Assembly (NCBI GenBank): GCA_965224705.1
Contig: OZ245056.1
Span: 2,624,001-2,688,000, forward strand
Length of the DNA: 64,000 nt
Source: Spirochaetaceae bacterium
Lineage (GTDB): Bacteria > Spirochaetota > Spirochaetia > DSM-2461
Reading direction: 5' to 3'
Both the position numbers and the translations under genes were made by a program. A model generated the notes under the pieces. That model saw only the letters and a list, made by a program, of their open reading frames with translations. It did no database searches and was not told the origin of the DNA. Positions 40,272 through 51,611 of the stretch are shown here, piece after piece; position 1 is the stretch's first letter; each line of letters begins with the position of its first letter.

Positions 40272-41328
40272 GAGCCTGTTGGACTTACGCCTCACGCCTC
40301 GAAGTCTTGAAGTCCGACAGACTTCCAGGATCCTGTTGGGAATCCTCACTGTTATGCTGAGTAATTGTTCCCTGTTTCTCGGGCCGGAAATCGGAACTGA
40401 TAATGCTTCTATATTCAACTACTTCTGGAGTACTTTTGACAGGCAATATGCTCTCTTTGATCTCAAGGGGTTGGATTGGAACAGTATAGGAGACCGTTAC
40501 CGTGATGATGCCGTCAATGCTGAATCAAGTGATGAACTTCTCAGTATTCTAACTGAGATGATTCGGCCAATGAATGATGCTCATGTATCGATATGGGGTT
40601 CCCAATCAGGTATACTGGCTGAAAGTTGGATTCAACCCATTGACTACAGTCATCATACTGATTCCGTCTTATCCTATCTTGATTCTGCCCGGGTTACCGG
40701 ATCTGGAATTGTCTTATATGGAATGGTGAAGGATTCCAATGTCGGCTACATGCATCTTTCATCCTTCTCCAAAGAACTCAATACGACACAAATTCTGGAA
40801 TCATGGGTTTTTGATGCAGACGCTGTCATTTCCGAATTCCTTGACACAGATGCCCTTATTATTGATTTAAGAGGAAATAATGGAGGATTTCGGACGAACG
40901 CATTATATATCGCCTCTCGTTTTGTAACGGAAAGAAGCCATTACATGACCACAAAAACACGAACGGGTTCTGGTTATTCGGAATTCAGTGCTGAAACAAA
41001 TCACTACATCGAACCCAGAGGTATAATTTATACAGAGGAAGTCTACATAATTACCGATATTCTGACCATCAGTGCCGGTGAGTGGTTTGTATTGATGCTG
41101 AATGATATGGAGCATGTACAGCATGTAGGGTGGAGAACAACAGGAGCATTGGGAATGGTTGTTTTTCATGAATTACCCAATGGCTGGGGATTTTCTACAA
41201 CGATCGGGTATACAACCGATGAGAATGGAGAAAACTATGAAGGTGTGGGAATTCCCCCCGATATTCCAATCACATATGATATCTCTGTCTCTGATCCCGT
41301 TATGGAATGGTTCAAGGTAAACCGGTGA
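40261..41328 (+). CDS. S41 family peptidase lipoprotein
   Basis: [30 protein letters not shown] catalytic Ser, EGVGIPPD; leader ends VMLSNC; start placed at ATG 40261. Confidence 0.88.
   Translation: MFSRSLLDLRLTPRSLEVRQTSRILLGILTVMLSNCSLFLGPEIGTDNASIFNYFWSTFDRQYALFDLKGLDWNSIGDRYRDDAVNAESSDELLSILTEMIRPMNDAHVSIWGSQSGILAESWIQPIDYSHHTDSVLSYLDSARVTGSGIVLYGMVKDSNVGYMHLSSFSKELNTTQILESWVFDADAVISEFLDTDALIIDLRGNNGGFRTNALYIASRFVTERSHYMTTKTRTGSGYSEFSAETNHYIEPRGIIYTEEVYIITDILTISAGEWFVLMLNDMEHVQHVGWRTTGALGMVVFHELPNGWGFSTTIGYTTDENGENYEGVGIPPDIPITYDISVSDPVMEWFKVNR
40272..40324. mobile_element. MITE family A, minimal copy (53 bp)
   Basis: GAGCCTGTTGGACTT...AAGTCCGACAGACTT between CTAG (40268-40271) and CCAG (40325-40328). 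Confidence 0.82.
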
Positions 41329-42985
41329 CTGTTTTCTCAATCCGCAGAGTTTCAGTTGTTTTGTCGCATACTTCCGGAGGACCAAAGTACTGTATAGCTC
41401 CGGGAAATTTATAGGATCCTTCCAGAATCCATGAATTGCGCCTCTCCGCAAAGGTTTTAAAGGCGGCATTGTCCATTTCAACCAGAGCTTTTTTTATTAC
41501 CGGCTTGAATTCCCCATGGCGGAGTTCCATGTTCATCATCATCGTGAGGGGTATACCCCCAGGAATCCACTCTTCTGCGGGTTTATGAAGATCTCTGATA
41601 CTGGCGATGTAACCTGTAAGACCTGCATCTATAAGCAGAAATGCTGAATATCCAAGACTGTAGCAGTAATCCGAGTCAAAATTTGAAGGAAATGCACAGC
41701 GGCCTTCATAGCCGAAGAAATGGGCCAGTCCACTGAAATTGCCCCTGTATTTCCCTTTTTGTTTCAGGTGTTTCAAACGCTCGCCAACGATTTCCATGAG
41801 CAGTTTTTCAGTGTCAATACGGGAAACCTGCACGTTCCCATGAGGATCCCGGTCATCAAGAAGCTGTGTTTGAATTCCTCTGGGAAGTGATGAATAGACG
41901 TAGGATGAATCCTTTGACAGTTCATGATTGATCCATTCACACTGGTCATCAATGGTTTTCAGACTCTCAAAGTATCTGGATTCTTTTGTCAACAATTCGT
42001 TGATTTCCGTTATGAGTTTTCCCACTTCAGGAATAAATTCAATGAGCCCTTCGGGTATGAGAATCACACCAAAGTTCATATCCCTTTCAGCTCGTCTGAC
42101 AACAATGCAGACAATCTCGCCCACAACTTCATCCAGGGACATGGCTCTGGCTTTCACTTCTTCCGAGATGATACAGATATTGGGCTGGGTCTGGAGAGCA
42201 CATTCAAGTGCAATATGGCTGGCACTTCTTCCCATGAGTTTAATGAAATGCCAATACTTCCCGGCTGAACAGGCATCTTTTTCAATGTTGCCGATGAGTT
42301 CACTGAAAACTTTGGTGGCTGTATCAAAACCAAACGAGGTTTCAATGCATTGATTCTTCAAATCACCATCGATAGTTTTTGGACAGCCGACAACGGAGAT
42401 TCCGGCATTTCTCTTGAGAAACCATTCAGCCAGAATGGCACCATTGGTATTGGAATCATCACCGCCGATAATAACAACAGCTGTAATATCGTATTTCTGA
42501 CAGGTTTTAAGGCTTTTCTCAAACTGTTCTACAGTTTCCAGCTTTGTCCGCCCCGAGCCAATTATGTCAAACCCGCCAGTGTTGCGGTAGGAATCCATGA
42601 TTTCGGCAGTTATCTCCATTGTATCATCATCAATAATACCGCTGGGCCCGCCTCTGAAACCGTAAAGTACACTTCGTGGATCAGCCTCTTTAAGAGCATC
42701 GAATATTCCGGCAATAACATTGTGTCCTCCGGGGGCCTGTCCCCCGGAAAGGATAACTCCAATGTTAACAGGTTTTCTGGTAGAGCTCTGTGTTCCTCTG
42801 GTAAATGTGACTGCCGGGACACCATACGTTTTGGGGAATAGCATACGCAGCTGTTTCTGATCAGTCCCGGCTTCAGTTGGTTCGCCATAATCAACATTGA
42901 TGTATTCTGTTTTGCCCTGGAAGACGGAAGGGAGTTTGGGTTTGTATTCATAGCGGAATTTTTGCAGTGATGAGATATGTGACAT
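41312..42985 (-). CDS. pfp: Pyrophosphate-dependent phosphofructokinase (long type)
   Basis: [40 protein letters not shown]. Confidence 0.96.
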   Translation of the reverse strand: MSHISSLQKFRYEYKPKLPSVFQGKTEYINVDYGEPTEAGTDQKQLRMLFPKTYGVPAVTFTRGTQSSTRKPVNIGVILSGGQAPGGHNVIAGIFDALKEADPRSVLYGFRGGPSGIIDDDTMEITAEIMDSYRNTGGFDIIGSGRTKLETVEQFEKSLKTCQKYDITAVVIIGGDDSNTNGAILAEWFLKRNAGISVVGCPKTIDGDLKNQCIETSFGFDTATKVFSELIGNIEKDACSAGKYWHFIKLMGRSASHIALECALQTQPNICIISEEVKARAMSLDEVVGEIVCIVVRRAERDMNFGVILIPEGLIEFIPEVGKLITEINELLTKESRYFESLKTIDDQCEWINHELSKDSSYVYSSLPRGIQTQLLDDRDPHGNVQVSRIDTEKLLMEIVGERLKHLKQKGKYRGNFSGLAHFFGYEGRCAFPSNFDSDYCYSLGYSAFLLIDAGLTGYIASIRDLHKPAEEWIPGGIPLTMMMNMELRHGEFKPVIKKALVEMDNAAFKTFAERRNSWILEGSYKFPGAIQYFGPPEVCDKTTETLRIEKTVTGLP

Positions 42986-43201
42986 GGGAACTCCTGGTAA
43001 TTCCGGGCATTATCATCCCTTGATATGATTCATATTGATCTGAAAACGAGGAGATTGGTCAAGGGAAAACAGTGTCAGAAATCCTTTTTGTTTCGATTTT
43101 TACATTGTTCCGGAATTTTTCTGCACTCATCCGATGAGATTCAAAAATCCCGGTACCGGCACTTCTGTGAGTACGGCAGATCTGTGCTGTCCAGAAAAAG
43201 A

Positions 43202-45028
43202 CTAATAGCTGATGCGTTCAAATTCCCTGGCAAGTATCCTGGCATTGATTATCTCAGGAAAGACATGGGGTTCTTCATTTTGACGGTAGAGGACATACAG
43301 AGGAACTCCTGCCCTGTTAAAACTGGCCAGCCAGCGGGTAAGAGTTTCATCGTAAGTGGTGAGATCTCCTGTGATATGGACTATATTCCTATCGGCCATC
43401 AGATTTTGAATCCGATTACTTCTTATAATTCGTTGATTGAGTTTGCATGTGGTACACCAGGAAGCGGTGAATTCCAGAAATATGGACTCACCGCCTTCTA
43501 TTCGCCTGAGTAGGTCAGTTTCATCAAAGTCAACAGTTCGGTCGCTGGCATCCTTCGGCATGGAAATACTTTCCCCTCCGATACTGGATGCTCGGGTTCT
43601 GCTTACGATGGCGTATCCAGAAGTCAATACGATGCATACCGCTATAATCTGACCTGCAATGCGGAAGCTGTTTCCAGCGGAAGGATTCCGTGCCTTGCCG
43701 AACAGCCAGGATGAAACTCCCAGAAGAAGCAGCCACCATAGAACAAGAGGAACAACTCCAGGAGCCAGTTTCATAAATGTTGTAAACAGGTAAACAGCAG
43801 TACCCAGAAGGATGAAACCTGTCACTTCCTTCACAGTATTCATCCAGTTTCCAGGTTTCGGGATTTTCTTTATGACACCCGGCCAGATTCCCAGGAGAAG
43901 GAAAGGTAATCCAAATCCCAGACCGGTGATTGAAAAGATTGTGACTATCACTGCAGGTGATTGGGAGAAGGTAAAACCCAATGCCGCACCCAGAAATGGA
44001 GCCGTGCATGGAGTCGCCACCAGAACAGCAAAGATTCCTGTCAGGAAACTGCCAGTATATCCCCCCCGTGCACTGGCCGCAGAAGCTCGTCTCATTCCTT
44101 TTTCTGGTGCCTCAATAACAAACACATCAAACATGCTCAGCGCAAAAACCCATATCACCGCTGTCAGAATCAAGACGAAAACAGGTGATTGGAACTGGAA
44201 TCCCCAGCCCATGAGTTTCCCGGAGGATTGAAGGAGAATAACAATGCCGGCCAGAACCCAGAATGATACTTCAATACCTGCTGCATAAAGCCAGGCATGG
44301 CCCAGTATCGCTCTGTCGTTTGAACCGGACATCCTGACGAGGCTCAATGTTTTAACGGAGAGGAGGGGAAGTACACAGGGCATGATGTTCAACAAAATTC
44401 CGCCAACAAAGGCCATAAGGGCGAACAACAGCAGGGAACTGATACTTTTTTTTACCGCTCCGGGGGATTCTGTCTCTACGAATTTGGATTGCTTTTCCTC
44501 ATTCCATAGCAGAATGGTACTGGTTTCTACATCAGGTTTCATGGCTGAAGCAGAAGCTGGATTAAATACTATTTCATGGTAGTCAGAGTCGGGCAGCAGG
44601 CAAATCCCGGCTTCATCGCAGAGTTGGAAATGAGCATGCAGGGCTAGAGTGATGGTCTCTTCATTCAGAGACGCACTGAATTCCAGCAGGACAGTCGTTT
44701 TATCATAGTAACTGAGAATTTCATCAGTACTAACCGGTTCTGCCTTGAGCACGGCTCCATAGTTTACATGCTCTGTCCTCTCTGGTTTTATGGTAAACAA
44801 ATCAGGTTCATCGTTCTGGTGATAGCCCTGGGGAAAAGTATAATGAACAGCAATATGACCAGAACCGGCAGCAGGATCCCAGGAGGCAATTTCAGCCAGG
44901 GTTTCAGCGGTCGGGACATCAATTCCGAAAAAATTCTCCTGGGCATCCAGATGTCCGGAGGAGAATTGGAATAGAATTAATAGGATACAGGAAGTCGCCA
45001 TGTATAATGTCGGGCGATTGAGGTTCAT
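43202..45028 (-). CDS. dsbD: DsbD-family thiol:disulfide interchange protein
   Basis: QLCDEAGICLLP, NIMPCVLP, ATPCTAPF, FTASWCTTC. Confidence 0.9.
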   Translation of the reverse strand: MNLNRPTLYMATSCILLILFQFSSGHLDAQENFFGIDVPTAETLAEIASWDPAAGSGHIAVHYTFPQGYHQNDEPDLFTIKPERTEHVNYGAVLKAEPVSTDEILSYYDKTTVLLEFSASLNEETITLALHAHFQLCDEAGICLLPDSDYHEIVFNPASASAMKPDVETSTILLWNEEKQSKFVETESPGAVKKSISSLLLFALMAFVGGILLNIMPCVLPLLSVKTLSLVRMSGSNDRAILGHAWLYAAGIEVSFWVLAGIVILLQSSGKLMGWGFQFQSPVFVLILTAVIWVFALSMFDVFVIEAPEKGMRRASAASARGGYTGSFLTGIFAVLVATPCTAPFLGAALGFTFSQSPAVIVTIFSITGLGFGLPFLLLGIWPGVIKKIPKPGNWMNTVKEVTGFILLGTAVYLFTTFMKLAPGVVPLVLWWLLLLGVSSWLFGKARNPSAGNSFRIAGQIIAVCIVLTSGYAIVSRTRASSIGGESISMPKDASDRTVDFDETDLLRRIEGGESIFLEFTASWCTTCKLNQRIIRSNRIQNLMADRNIVHITGDLTTYDETLTRWLASFNRAGVPLYVLYRQNEEPHVFPEIINARILAREFERISY

Positions 45029-45250
45029 GCATTCATGATACTCATACTTTCCTCAATCCATCTACCCTGATTACATAACTGTATGCTGATAGCGGACAGG
45101 GCGGATGAATCGATTGAGCGTTGTTCTGATTGATGGACACCTCATCACAGATTTGAATCTGGAGTTCAAACCGGAACGATCCTGTCGAGCTTCAGCGAAA
45201 AACGATCCGTCATCTTGTCAGAGCTTTCCTCATTTCATATACTCCATGCA

Positions 45251-45324
45251 GGGTGGATAGCTCAGTTGGCTAGAGCGTCGGCTTTACACGCCGGATGTCC
45301 TGGGTTCGAGTCCCAGTCCGCCCA
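45251..45324 (+). tRNA. tRNA-Val(TAC)
   Basis: GGGTGGA...TCCGCCCA, anticodon loop TTTACAC, GTTCGAGTC. Confidence 0.96.
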
Positions 45325-45372
45325 TTGAAATGACCCATGCAGACAGGTCGTTCAGTGATTTGTAGTAAAACG

Positions 45373-46452
45373 ATGAATAAGAAAACGATTGCTTTTACGG
45401 GAGGAGGAAGTGCAGGCCATGTTTATCCAGCATTTCCAATTATTGATCGATTAACTGGAAACGGTTATGAGGTTTTCTGGATTGGGTCGACTGAATTGGA
45501 ACGTCATCTGGTAGAACAGGCCGGGATTCCCTTTGTCAGTATATCAGCCGGAAAGCTGCGAAGGTACTGGTCCTTGAAAAACATTGCTGATCTGTTCCAT
45601 ACTTTTTGGGGACTGCTGCAGTCCATCCGAATCCTCAAAGTCAGACAACCTGACTTACTTTTCTCCAAAGGAGGTTTTGTCTCCGTCCCCCCGGTGACAG
45701 CCGCTCGAATACTTGGAATTCCATCATTTACTCATGAATCCGATGTCAATCCAGGCCTGGCAACGCGGCTGAATATCCAGATGAGGGCACTTCCCCTTGT
45801 GACATATAGGAAAACTGTTGACTATATGAAGAAGTCCCTGCGTTCCATCACCACCGTAGTTGGAAATCCGGTTCGGGACGTCATCTTTGAGGGGAATAGA
45901 GTTACCGGACGTGAGATTGCTGGTCTCTTACCAGAAGATACTCGTCCTCTGCTTCTGGTTCTTGGCGGGTCGCAGGGGGCCGAAGAAATCAATGATCTAA
46001 TCTACAGTATTGTGGACGACCTCCTTCCATTTCTTGCCATTGTCCACCAGACTGGCACCAAAAACCCCGTGATAGCAAATCGGCCGGGTTATTTCAGCAA
46101 GAGTTTCTTCAATGACGATGAAATCCCACATCTGCTGGCAGCAGCTGACCTGGCTCTATCCCGTTCCGGGGCGGGAGCTGTATGGGAACTGGCCGCCAGT
46201 TCAACACCAACTGTATTCCTGCCGTTGAGAACAGGAACCCGCGGTGATCAGGTTCTCAATGCATCCATGGCAGAGAAGGCTGGTTTCTCATGCACTCTTG
46301 CGAAAGATGTTAAACCCGAAGCACTGGCGGCACTGCTAAGGGATCTTCTGTCAGACGATGCAAAAATGAAAAGCATGAAGGAAGCGGCAGAAAAGATACC
46401 TGCCAGAGATGCCGCTGACAGTATAGTTGCTGAAATCGAGAAATTCTTATAA
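45373..46452 (+). CDS. murG: Lipid II GlcNAc transferase MurG
   Basis: TGGGSAGHVYP, KGGFVSVP, HESD..PGLA, GNPVR, GGSQGA, SRSGA. Confidence 0.96.
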   Translation: MNKKTIAFTGGGSAGHVYPAFPIIDRLTGNGYEVFWIGSTELERHLVEQAGIPFVSISAGKLRRYWSLKNIADLFHTFWGLLQSIRILKVRQPDLLFSKGGFVSVPPVTAARILGIPSFTHESDVNPGLATRLNIQMRALPLVTYRKTVDYMKKSLRSITTVVGNPVRDVIFEGNRVTGREIAGLLPEDTRPLLLVLGGSQGAEEINDLIYSIVDDLLPFLAIVHQTGTKNPVIANRPGYFSKSFFNDDEIPHLLAAADLALSRSGAGAVWELAASSTPTVFLPLRTGTRGDQVLNASMAEKAGFSCTLAKDVKPEALAALLRDLLSDDAKMKSMKEAAEKIPARDAADSIVAEIEKFL

Positions 46453-46500
46453 TGAATGATTCGCATACCTCCAGCATAATTCTGCTGATTGGGGCAGGCC

Positions 46501-47664
46501 ATGTATGAAAACCTTCTCCATCAGGATGACATTTCAAACCGCCTTCAGCATGATTTAAGAGAGGGTTCTGCCCCTCCTGCCATGTTGTTCTCCGGCCCTG
46601 CGCTGACAGGGAAACTGACAGCCGCCCTGGAAACAGCTCGAATCCTATCGTGTAGAAATGCCGGAAACTGGAATTGTACCTGCAGCATGTGTGTTCAGCA
46701 TCGATCATTGGCTCATTCCCACACAGTACTTGCAGGATCGAGAAACTTTGCCCCGGATATTGCCGCATCAGTCGATCTTCTTCGAAGGGATAACACTGGT
46801 ATCCCGCGATTCATACTGGTAAGATCAGTCCGAAAACTTCTCCGTCATTTTGATCCCATTCTATGGGAGGGTGAAGATAAAAAGATCTCCAGGGTTTATC
46901 CAATGCTGGAACAGCTTTCAGAAATCATGGACTCCCTGATCTCCGGCGCGGAACTCCTCTCAGGGAATAGAATAGAGAAAACCTTGAAATCAATAGTGGA
47001 TTCTTGTACTGCCGTTCAGAAATTTCTTCCAGGGGCACTGCCTGTTTCCCATGTGAGAAACATCACACACTGGGCGGCTCTTTCAGCAGGAAATGATCAT
47101 AAGACCGTCATCATTGACTCGGCTGACCGTATGATGCCATCGGCCAGGAATGCCCTGCTGAAATTCCTTGAAGAACCGCCAACCAGCACAACGGTCATCC
47201 TTATAGCAGAAAGAAAGGCTCTGCTGCTGCCAACCATAGTATCCAGAGTCAGAGATTATGCCTTCCATGCTAGGAAACCTGAAGAAGAAATGCAGATCAT
47301 AAAAAGAGTGTTCCGTGAGGATGGAGGGGATTACACAGGTCTGGCAGATTTTTTTCAAAACAAGCTGACAGGTCAATCTGGAGAAACGGACAAACTCGCC
47401 CGGAGTTTTCTTGAAGGTGTAGGGAAAGGGATTTTTCCAGCAGAATTGAATCAGGTAAAGGATTCTATTCAACTCAAGTCATTGCTTGAGGCTGTGAGCA
47501 GCGCAATGGAGTCGCACTGGAAGGACGATGAGGCATCCTCACCATTAATTCAATACAGAAAAATGAAGTATTTGAATGAAGCTGAATTTCGAGCTGTCAA
47601 CCTGAATCTTCCCATAAGTCTTGTATTGAATCACCTTTATCTGTCCCTGAGGGATCTCAGGTGA
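46501..47664 (+). CDS. DNA polymerase III delta-prime-like protein
   Basis: AMLFSGP..GK, CTCSMC, NALLKFLEEPP, LLPTIVSR. Confidence 0.8.
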   Translation: MYENLLHQDDISNRLQHDLREGSAPPAMLFSGPALTGKLTAALETARILSCRNAGNWNCTCSMCVQHRSLAHSHTVLAGSRNFAPDIAASVDLLRRDNTGIPRFILVRSVRKLLRHFDPILWEGEDKKISRVYPMLEQLSEIMDSLISGAELLSGNRIEKTLKSIVDSCTAVQKFLPGALPVSHVRNITHWAALSAGNDHKTVIIDSADRMMPSARNALLKFLEEPPTSTTVILIAERKALLLPTIVSRVRDYAFHARKPEEEMQIIKRVFREDGGDYTGLADFFQNKLTGQSGETDKLARSFLEGVGKGIFPAELNQVKDSIQLKSLLEAVSSAMESHWKDDEASSPLIQYRKMKYLNEAEFRAVNLNLPISLVLNHLYLSLRDLR

Positions 47665-48821
47665 GAAGGATTTTTAAACGTGTTCTTAAGAGTCTTAACA
47701 AACTCAATCCTGAAAGATTGCGTGTTCTGGTACGGGATCTTGTTGTATATAATGAGCACCTGGAAATGGTGCTGTCTTCCATCCCCGGAGGAGTTGTCGT
47801 CATAGGTCAGAATAATAGAATCTGGATGCTCAATAATCCTGCCCGGCGCCTTTTACCCCTTCTTTACTCCGACCCTGTTGGAAAAAAAGCCTGGGAAGTT
47901 CTTGCATTGCAGGAACTCGCCAACTACGTGAAAACAGCATTGGAAGAGGATAGAGGAGCATCAATGAGGGATTTTTCTGTCCGTTCCAAGGGAGGGAGTA
48001 TAACGCTGAGCTGCGGTGTTCTTACCCTGGTCGACCGGGGGAAAATCAAAGGAAGTATGCTGTACGTTGAGGATGTTACAGAAGTAAGAGCCGAGGAAGC
48101 AAGGCTTAAAAGGGCGGAAGGCTTGGCTTCTCTTACAACAATGGCCGCAGGTGTTGCCCATGAAACTAAAAATCCACTGGCATCAATGGGGATTCATATC
48201 CAGCTTATTCGCCGAAAAATCGAAACAGGCAATGTCCGGCCTGATGAGTTTTATGATACTCTGGAAATCCTTGAAGAAGAAGTTGAGCGATTGAATAACA
48301 TTGTTTCAGATTACCTTTTTACCGTCCGTCCCATTACTCCCAATCCTCGACTTGCCGATATAAATGCAATTATAACCGATCTTCTTCAATTCCTTCGATT
48401 TGAAGTCGAAAAAAATGAGGTTCATGTAATTCTGCTTCTGGACGATACAATCCCGGCCATTCCCCTGGATGAAAGTGCCATGAAACGAGTCTTGCTGAAT
48501 CTCGTAAAAAATGCCCTGGCCGCTATGCCGGATGGAGGCGAGATTCGATTTGAAACTCGTCTTGAAAACGAAAACATCTGCATTACTATTGCTGATACCG
48601 GTCATGGCATTCCTGCAAGTATTCAGGGAAAAGTATTCGAGCCATATTTCACGACTCGAGATACAGGATCCGGACTGGGTCTTTCCGTTGTCTACAAGGT
48701 AATCAAGGAGCATGGAGGTGATCTCCAGATGGATTCTGTCAAAGGAAGGGGAACAAAATTTCATATAACGATCCCTGTACCGCAGAGTGAAAGAAAGCTA
48801 TTGATTGGAGGTTCAACATGA
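47661..48821 (+). CDS. PAS-domain sensor histidine kinase (Hk2-like)
   Basis: AHETKNPL H-box, NLVKNA, DTGHGI, FEPYFTT, GSGLGL; no TM segment; GTG start. Confidence 0.93.
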   Translation: MRRIFKRVLKSLNKLNPERLRVLVRDLVVYNEHLEMVLSSIPGGVVVIGQNNRIWMLNNPARRLLPLLYSDPVGKKAWEVLALQELANYVKTALEEDRGASMRDFSVRSKGGSITLSCGVLTLVDRGKIKGSMLYVEDVTEVRAEEARLKRAEGLASLTTMAAGVAHETKNPLASMGIHIQLIRRKIETGNVRPDEFYDTLEILEEEVERLNNIVSDYLFTVRPITPNPRLADINAIITDLLQFLRFEVEKNEVHVILLLDDTIPAIPLDESAMKRVLLNLVKNALAAMPDGGEIRFETRLENENICITIADTGHGIPASIQGKVFEPYFTTRDTGSGLGLSVVYKVIKEHGGDLQMDSVKGRGTKFHITIPVPQSERKLLIGGST

Positions 48822-50209
48822 ATTTTCGCATCCTCATCGTCGATGACGAGAAAAACATAAGAAATGGTCTGGCAAAAGCCATGGAAATGGACGGTTACGA
48901 GGTTCTTCAGGCCGAAGATGGCCAGACTGGATTGAAGACTGTACTGAAAACCGACATTGATCTGGTCATTACCGACCTTCGAATGCCCGGATTATCGGGC
49001 GAAGAACTCTTGAAGAAGGTAACGGCTTCCTACCCAAATATTCCCGTAATCATCCTTACGGGACATGGTACTGTTGATAATGCCGTTCAGGCAATGCGGG
49101 ACGGTGCCTATGATTTTATAACCAAGCCAGTCAATCTGGAGCGCTTGAGTCTGCTCATAAAGCGAGCATTGAGCCGCAGGGAACTGGCTTTGAAGCACAG
49201 GGAACTTCAGGCCGAAGTGAGCAGGCTTGAACGTCGCAGGCAGGGCCGGGAGATGCTTGGGAAAAGCTCTGCCATGGTGCAGATTTTTCAATTGATCAAT
49301 CAGGTGGCCCCCACCAAAGCCGGTGTTTTGATTTCTGGCGAAAGCGGTACTGGAAAGGAACTGGTCGCCAATGCCATTCATGCCCAATCTCCAAGAAGTA
49401 ATGCCCCTTTAATCAAGGTTCACTGTGCCGCCCTGACAGAATCGCTCCTTGAATCAGAACTATTTGGCCACGAAAAAGGTGCCTTCACTGGTGCAGCAGG
49501 ACAGCGTAAGGGACGATTTGAACTGGCTGACAGGGGAACTATTTTCCTGGATGAAATCGGTGAAATCAATCAATCGGTTCAGATCAAAATTCTCAGGGTT
49601 CTCCAGGAAAAGGCATTTGAAAGGGTGGGGGGAGAAGAAACCGTGACAGTTGACGTCCGGATTATCGCAGCTACAAACCGGGACCTTAAAACGGAAGTGG
49701 CCATGGGACGCTTTCGAAAAGATTTGTATTACAGATTGAACGTTGTTAACATCAATATGCCGCCACTGAGGGAACGGGCGGAGGATATCCCCTTACTCGC
49801 CGCTCAATACCTTAAGTCCAGTGCGGTGGAACATGCAAAGAAAATAGAAGGATGGAAACCAAAAGCCATTGCCATGCTTCGGAGTTACTCCTGGCCTGGC
49901 AATGTCAGAGAGCTCCGAAATGTTATTGAAAGTGCGGTCATTCTCTGTAAGGGGGAATATATTGATGTAGAGGATTTGCCGCCCCAGCTCAGTGATGGCA
50001 GGAATGAGAACAATGTCGTTGTTCCTCTCGGGATTTCCATGGCTGAAGTGGAAAAAATTGTGATTCGGGCAAATCTCAATTCCCTTGGCGGGAATAAAAG
50101 CCGAACATCTGAAATCCTTGGAATAGGGCGAAAAACACTCCATAGAAAGATTCACGACTATGGAATGGAAGCCGAATTCCTGAGTAACAATAATGATGTT
50201 TCTACTTGA
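48818..50209 (+). CDS. Sigma54-dependent response regulator (NtrC/Rrp2-like)
   Basis: REC domain, [21 protein letters not shown], Fis-type HTH. Confidence 0.96.
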   Translation: MNFRILIVDDEKNIRNGLAKAMEMDGYEVLQAEDGQTGLKTVLKTDIDLVITDLRMPGLSGEELLKKVTASYPNIPVIILTGHGTVDNAVQAMRDGAYDFITKPVNLERLSLLIKRALSRRELALKHRELQAEVSRLERRRQGREMLGKSSAMVQIFQLINQVAPTKAGVLISGESGTGKELVANAIHAQSPRSNAPLIKVHCAALTESLLESELFGHEKGAFTGAAGQRKGRFELADRGTIFLDEIGEINQSVQIKILRVLQEKAFERVGGEETVTVDVRIIAATNRDLKTEVAMGRFRKDLYYRLNVVNINMPPLRERAEDIPLLAAQYLKSSAVEHAKKIEGWKPKAIAMLRSYSWPGNVRELRNVIESAVILCKGEYIDVEDLPPQLSDGRNENNVVVPLGISMAEVEKIVIRANLNSLGGNKSRTSEILGIGRKTLHRKIHDYGMEAEFLSNNNDVST

Positions 50210-50553
50210 CAGTACAGTCAAACTCAAGCAGTATTCAATCTATGAGCAGTGGAGTTGATTCAGCACCTCTTGCCGAGCTATCCCGTGTACTGGCTCTGGA
50301 AAAGGATCCAGAAATGATCAGGGAGTTTCTATTGAGTTTGCTCACTGGAGCAGAGGCGGCAGAAATATCTTCACGCTGGACACTGGTTCGTTTGATGAAG
50401 CAGGGCATGAGCCAGCGGATGATATCCCGGGAACTGGGGCTGAGCCTCTGCAAAATAACCCGTGGATCAAAAGAGCTCAAAAAGGATAATTCACCCTTTG
50501 ATTACATGATAGATATTCTCCAGAAGTCCCTGAACAATCATGAAAAAAACTGA
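50206..50553 (+). CDS. TrpR/YerC-like repressor
   Basis: LLT..E..EISSRW...MSQR.IS.ELGLSL.KITRGS; start may be ATG 50242. Confidence 0.85.
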   Translation: MTVQSNSSSIQSMSSGVDSAPLAELSRVLALEKDPEMIREFLLSLLTGAEAAEISSRWTLVRLMKQGMSQRMISRELGLSLCKITRGSKELKKDNSPFDYMIDILQKSLNNHEKN

Positions 50554-50561
50554 TGCCGGAA

Positions 50562-51560
50562 CTATTGCCGTTTGACAAAACTGGTCAACTTTTCAACCTT
50601 GGTCTCAACCAGACCCCGGGCCTCAGCCGATGAAATAAATTTCTTGAACTGACTGAATCCCAACGCTTTTGTATTGATGTTCTTATCCCTTAATCTGGAA
50701 CTGACCACACCATATCGATGGAAATCCGGCTCTGCTCCTTCATCCATTTCCTGAAGAGTTTCAGCCAGAGTTTTAAGAGCTATCTGCAAAGATCCGGTTT
50801 CCTGCTTGAACTGACGTCCAGGGATTATTTCTGAACGCTGATCATCTGATTCCATACTGACATACCCTGCCCGGGAAGCCTCGGCAATGAAATCCCCCCA
50901 GCGTTTGTAGCCAAGAGCTTTTTCATCAAATCCCTGATTCAGTTTTTTCATTGTTATTTTGACATTACCGGCATCGGTTCCTTTTTTTTCTTTGCGCAGT
51001 ATGGATGCTGTTTCCGCAAGGCGTTCAAACCAGTATTCCCGGGAATACGTAGGGAGACTGTCCTTTTTGCCGGGGTCTTCATCTCCACTGTCATCATCCC
51101 CCAGGGGATACATATCCCTGAAGTCTGTAAAACTGTCGGCAAGCCTCAATAAATCGTTGCTGGCATTTTTGATATCGCAGACAATGTGAGTCACCTTGCC
51201 TGCCTTTCGAAGGTTCATCACCAGAGGCCGGAAGTCACTGTCACCCGTTAACAACACATAAATATCGATGTGATCCTGAAACCTCAGAAGATCCAGGCAG
51301 TCATTGGTAAGGTGCATATCGGCACTGTTCTTGTCTCTTCTTCTTCCTCTATAAGGGACGTGTACCATGTTGAAATGAAGGGCCGCCAGGACGGGACCCA
51401 GTGATTTATACCCCATTTGACTCCAGTCAGCATAGGCATGGGAGCTGACGACCCGGCCAAGCCCCTCAGAATAATCCCAGAGTCCCTGGACAAATAGATT
51501 CTTGGAGCTCGATGGCTTGACATTTTCAACATCCCAGAAGATTGCTACATTATGATTCAT
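50562..51560 (-). CDS. NYN (LabA/DUF88) domain protein with OST-HTH/LOTUS-like domains
   Basis: AIFWDVEN, KNSAD, LLTGDSDF, plus two LG[YF]xxxxxFI C-terminal repeats; start placed at ATG 51560. Confidence 0.88.
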   Translation of the reverse strand: MNHNVAIFWDVENVKPSSSKNLFVQGLWDYSEGLGRVVSSHAYADWSQMGYKSLGPVLAALHFNMVHVPYRGRRRDKNSADMHLTNDCLDLLRFQDHIDIYVLLTGDSDFRPLVMNLRKAGKVTHIVCDIKNASNDLLRLADSFTDFRDMYPLGDDDSGDEDPGKKDSLPTYSREYWFERLAETASILRKEKKGTDAGNVKITMKKLNQGFDEKALGYKRWGDFIAEASRAGYVSMESDDQRSEIIPGRQFKQETGSLQIALKTLAETLQEMDEGAEPDFHRYGVVSSRLRDKNINTKALGFSQFKKFISSAEARGLVETKVEKLTSFVKRQ

Positions 51561-51611
51561 ACTGTATTTTAACCTGTATAATTCCAACTGTTGAGTGAGG
51601 AAAACAGTTTT

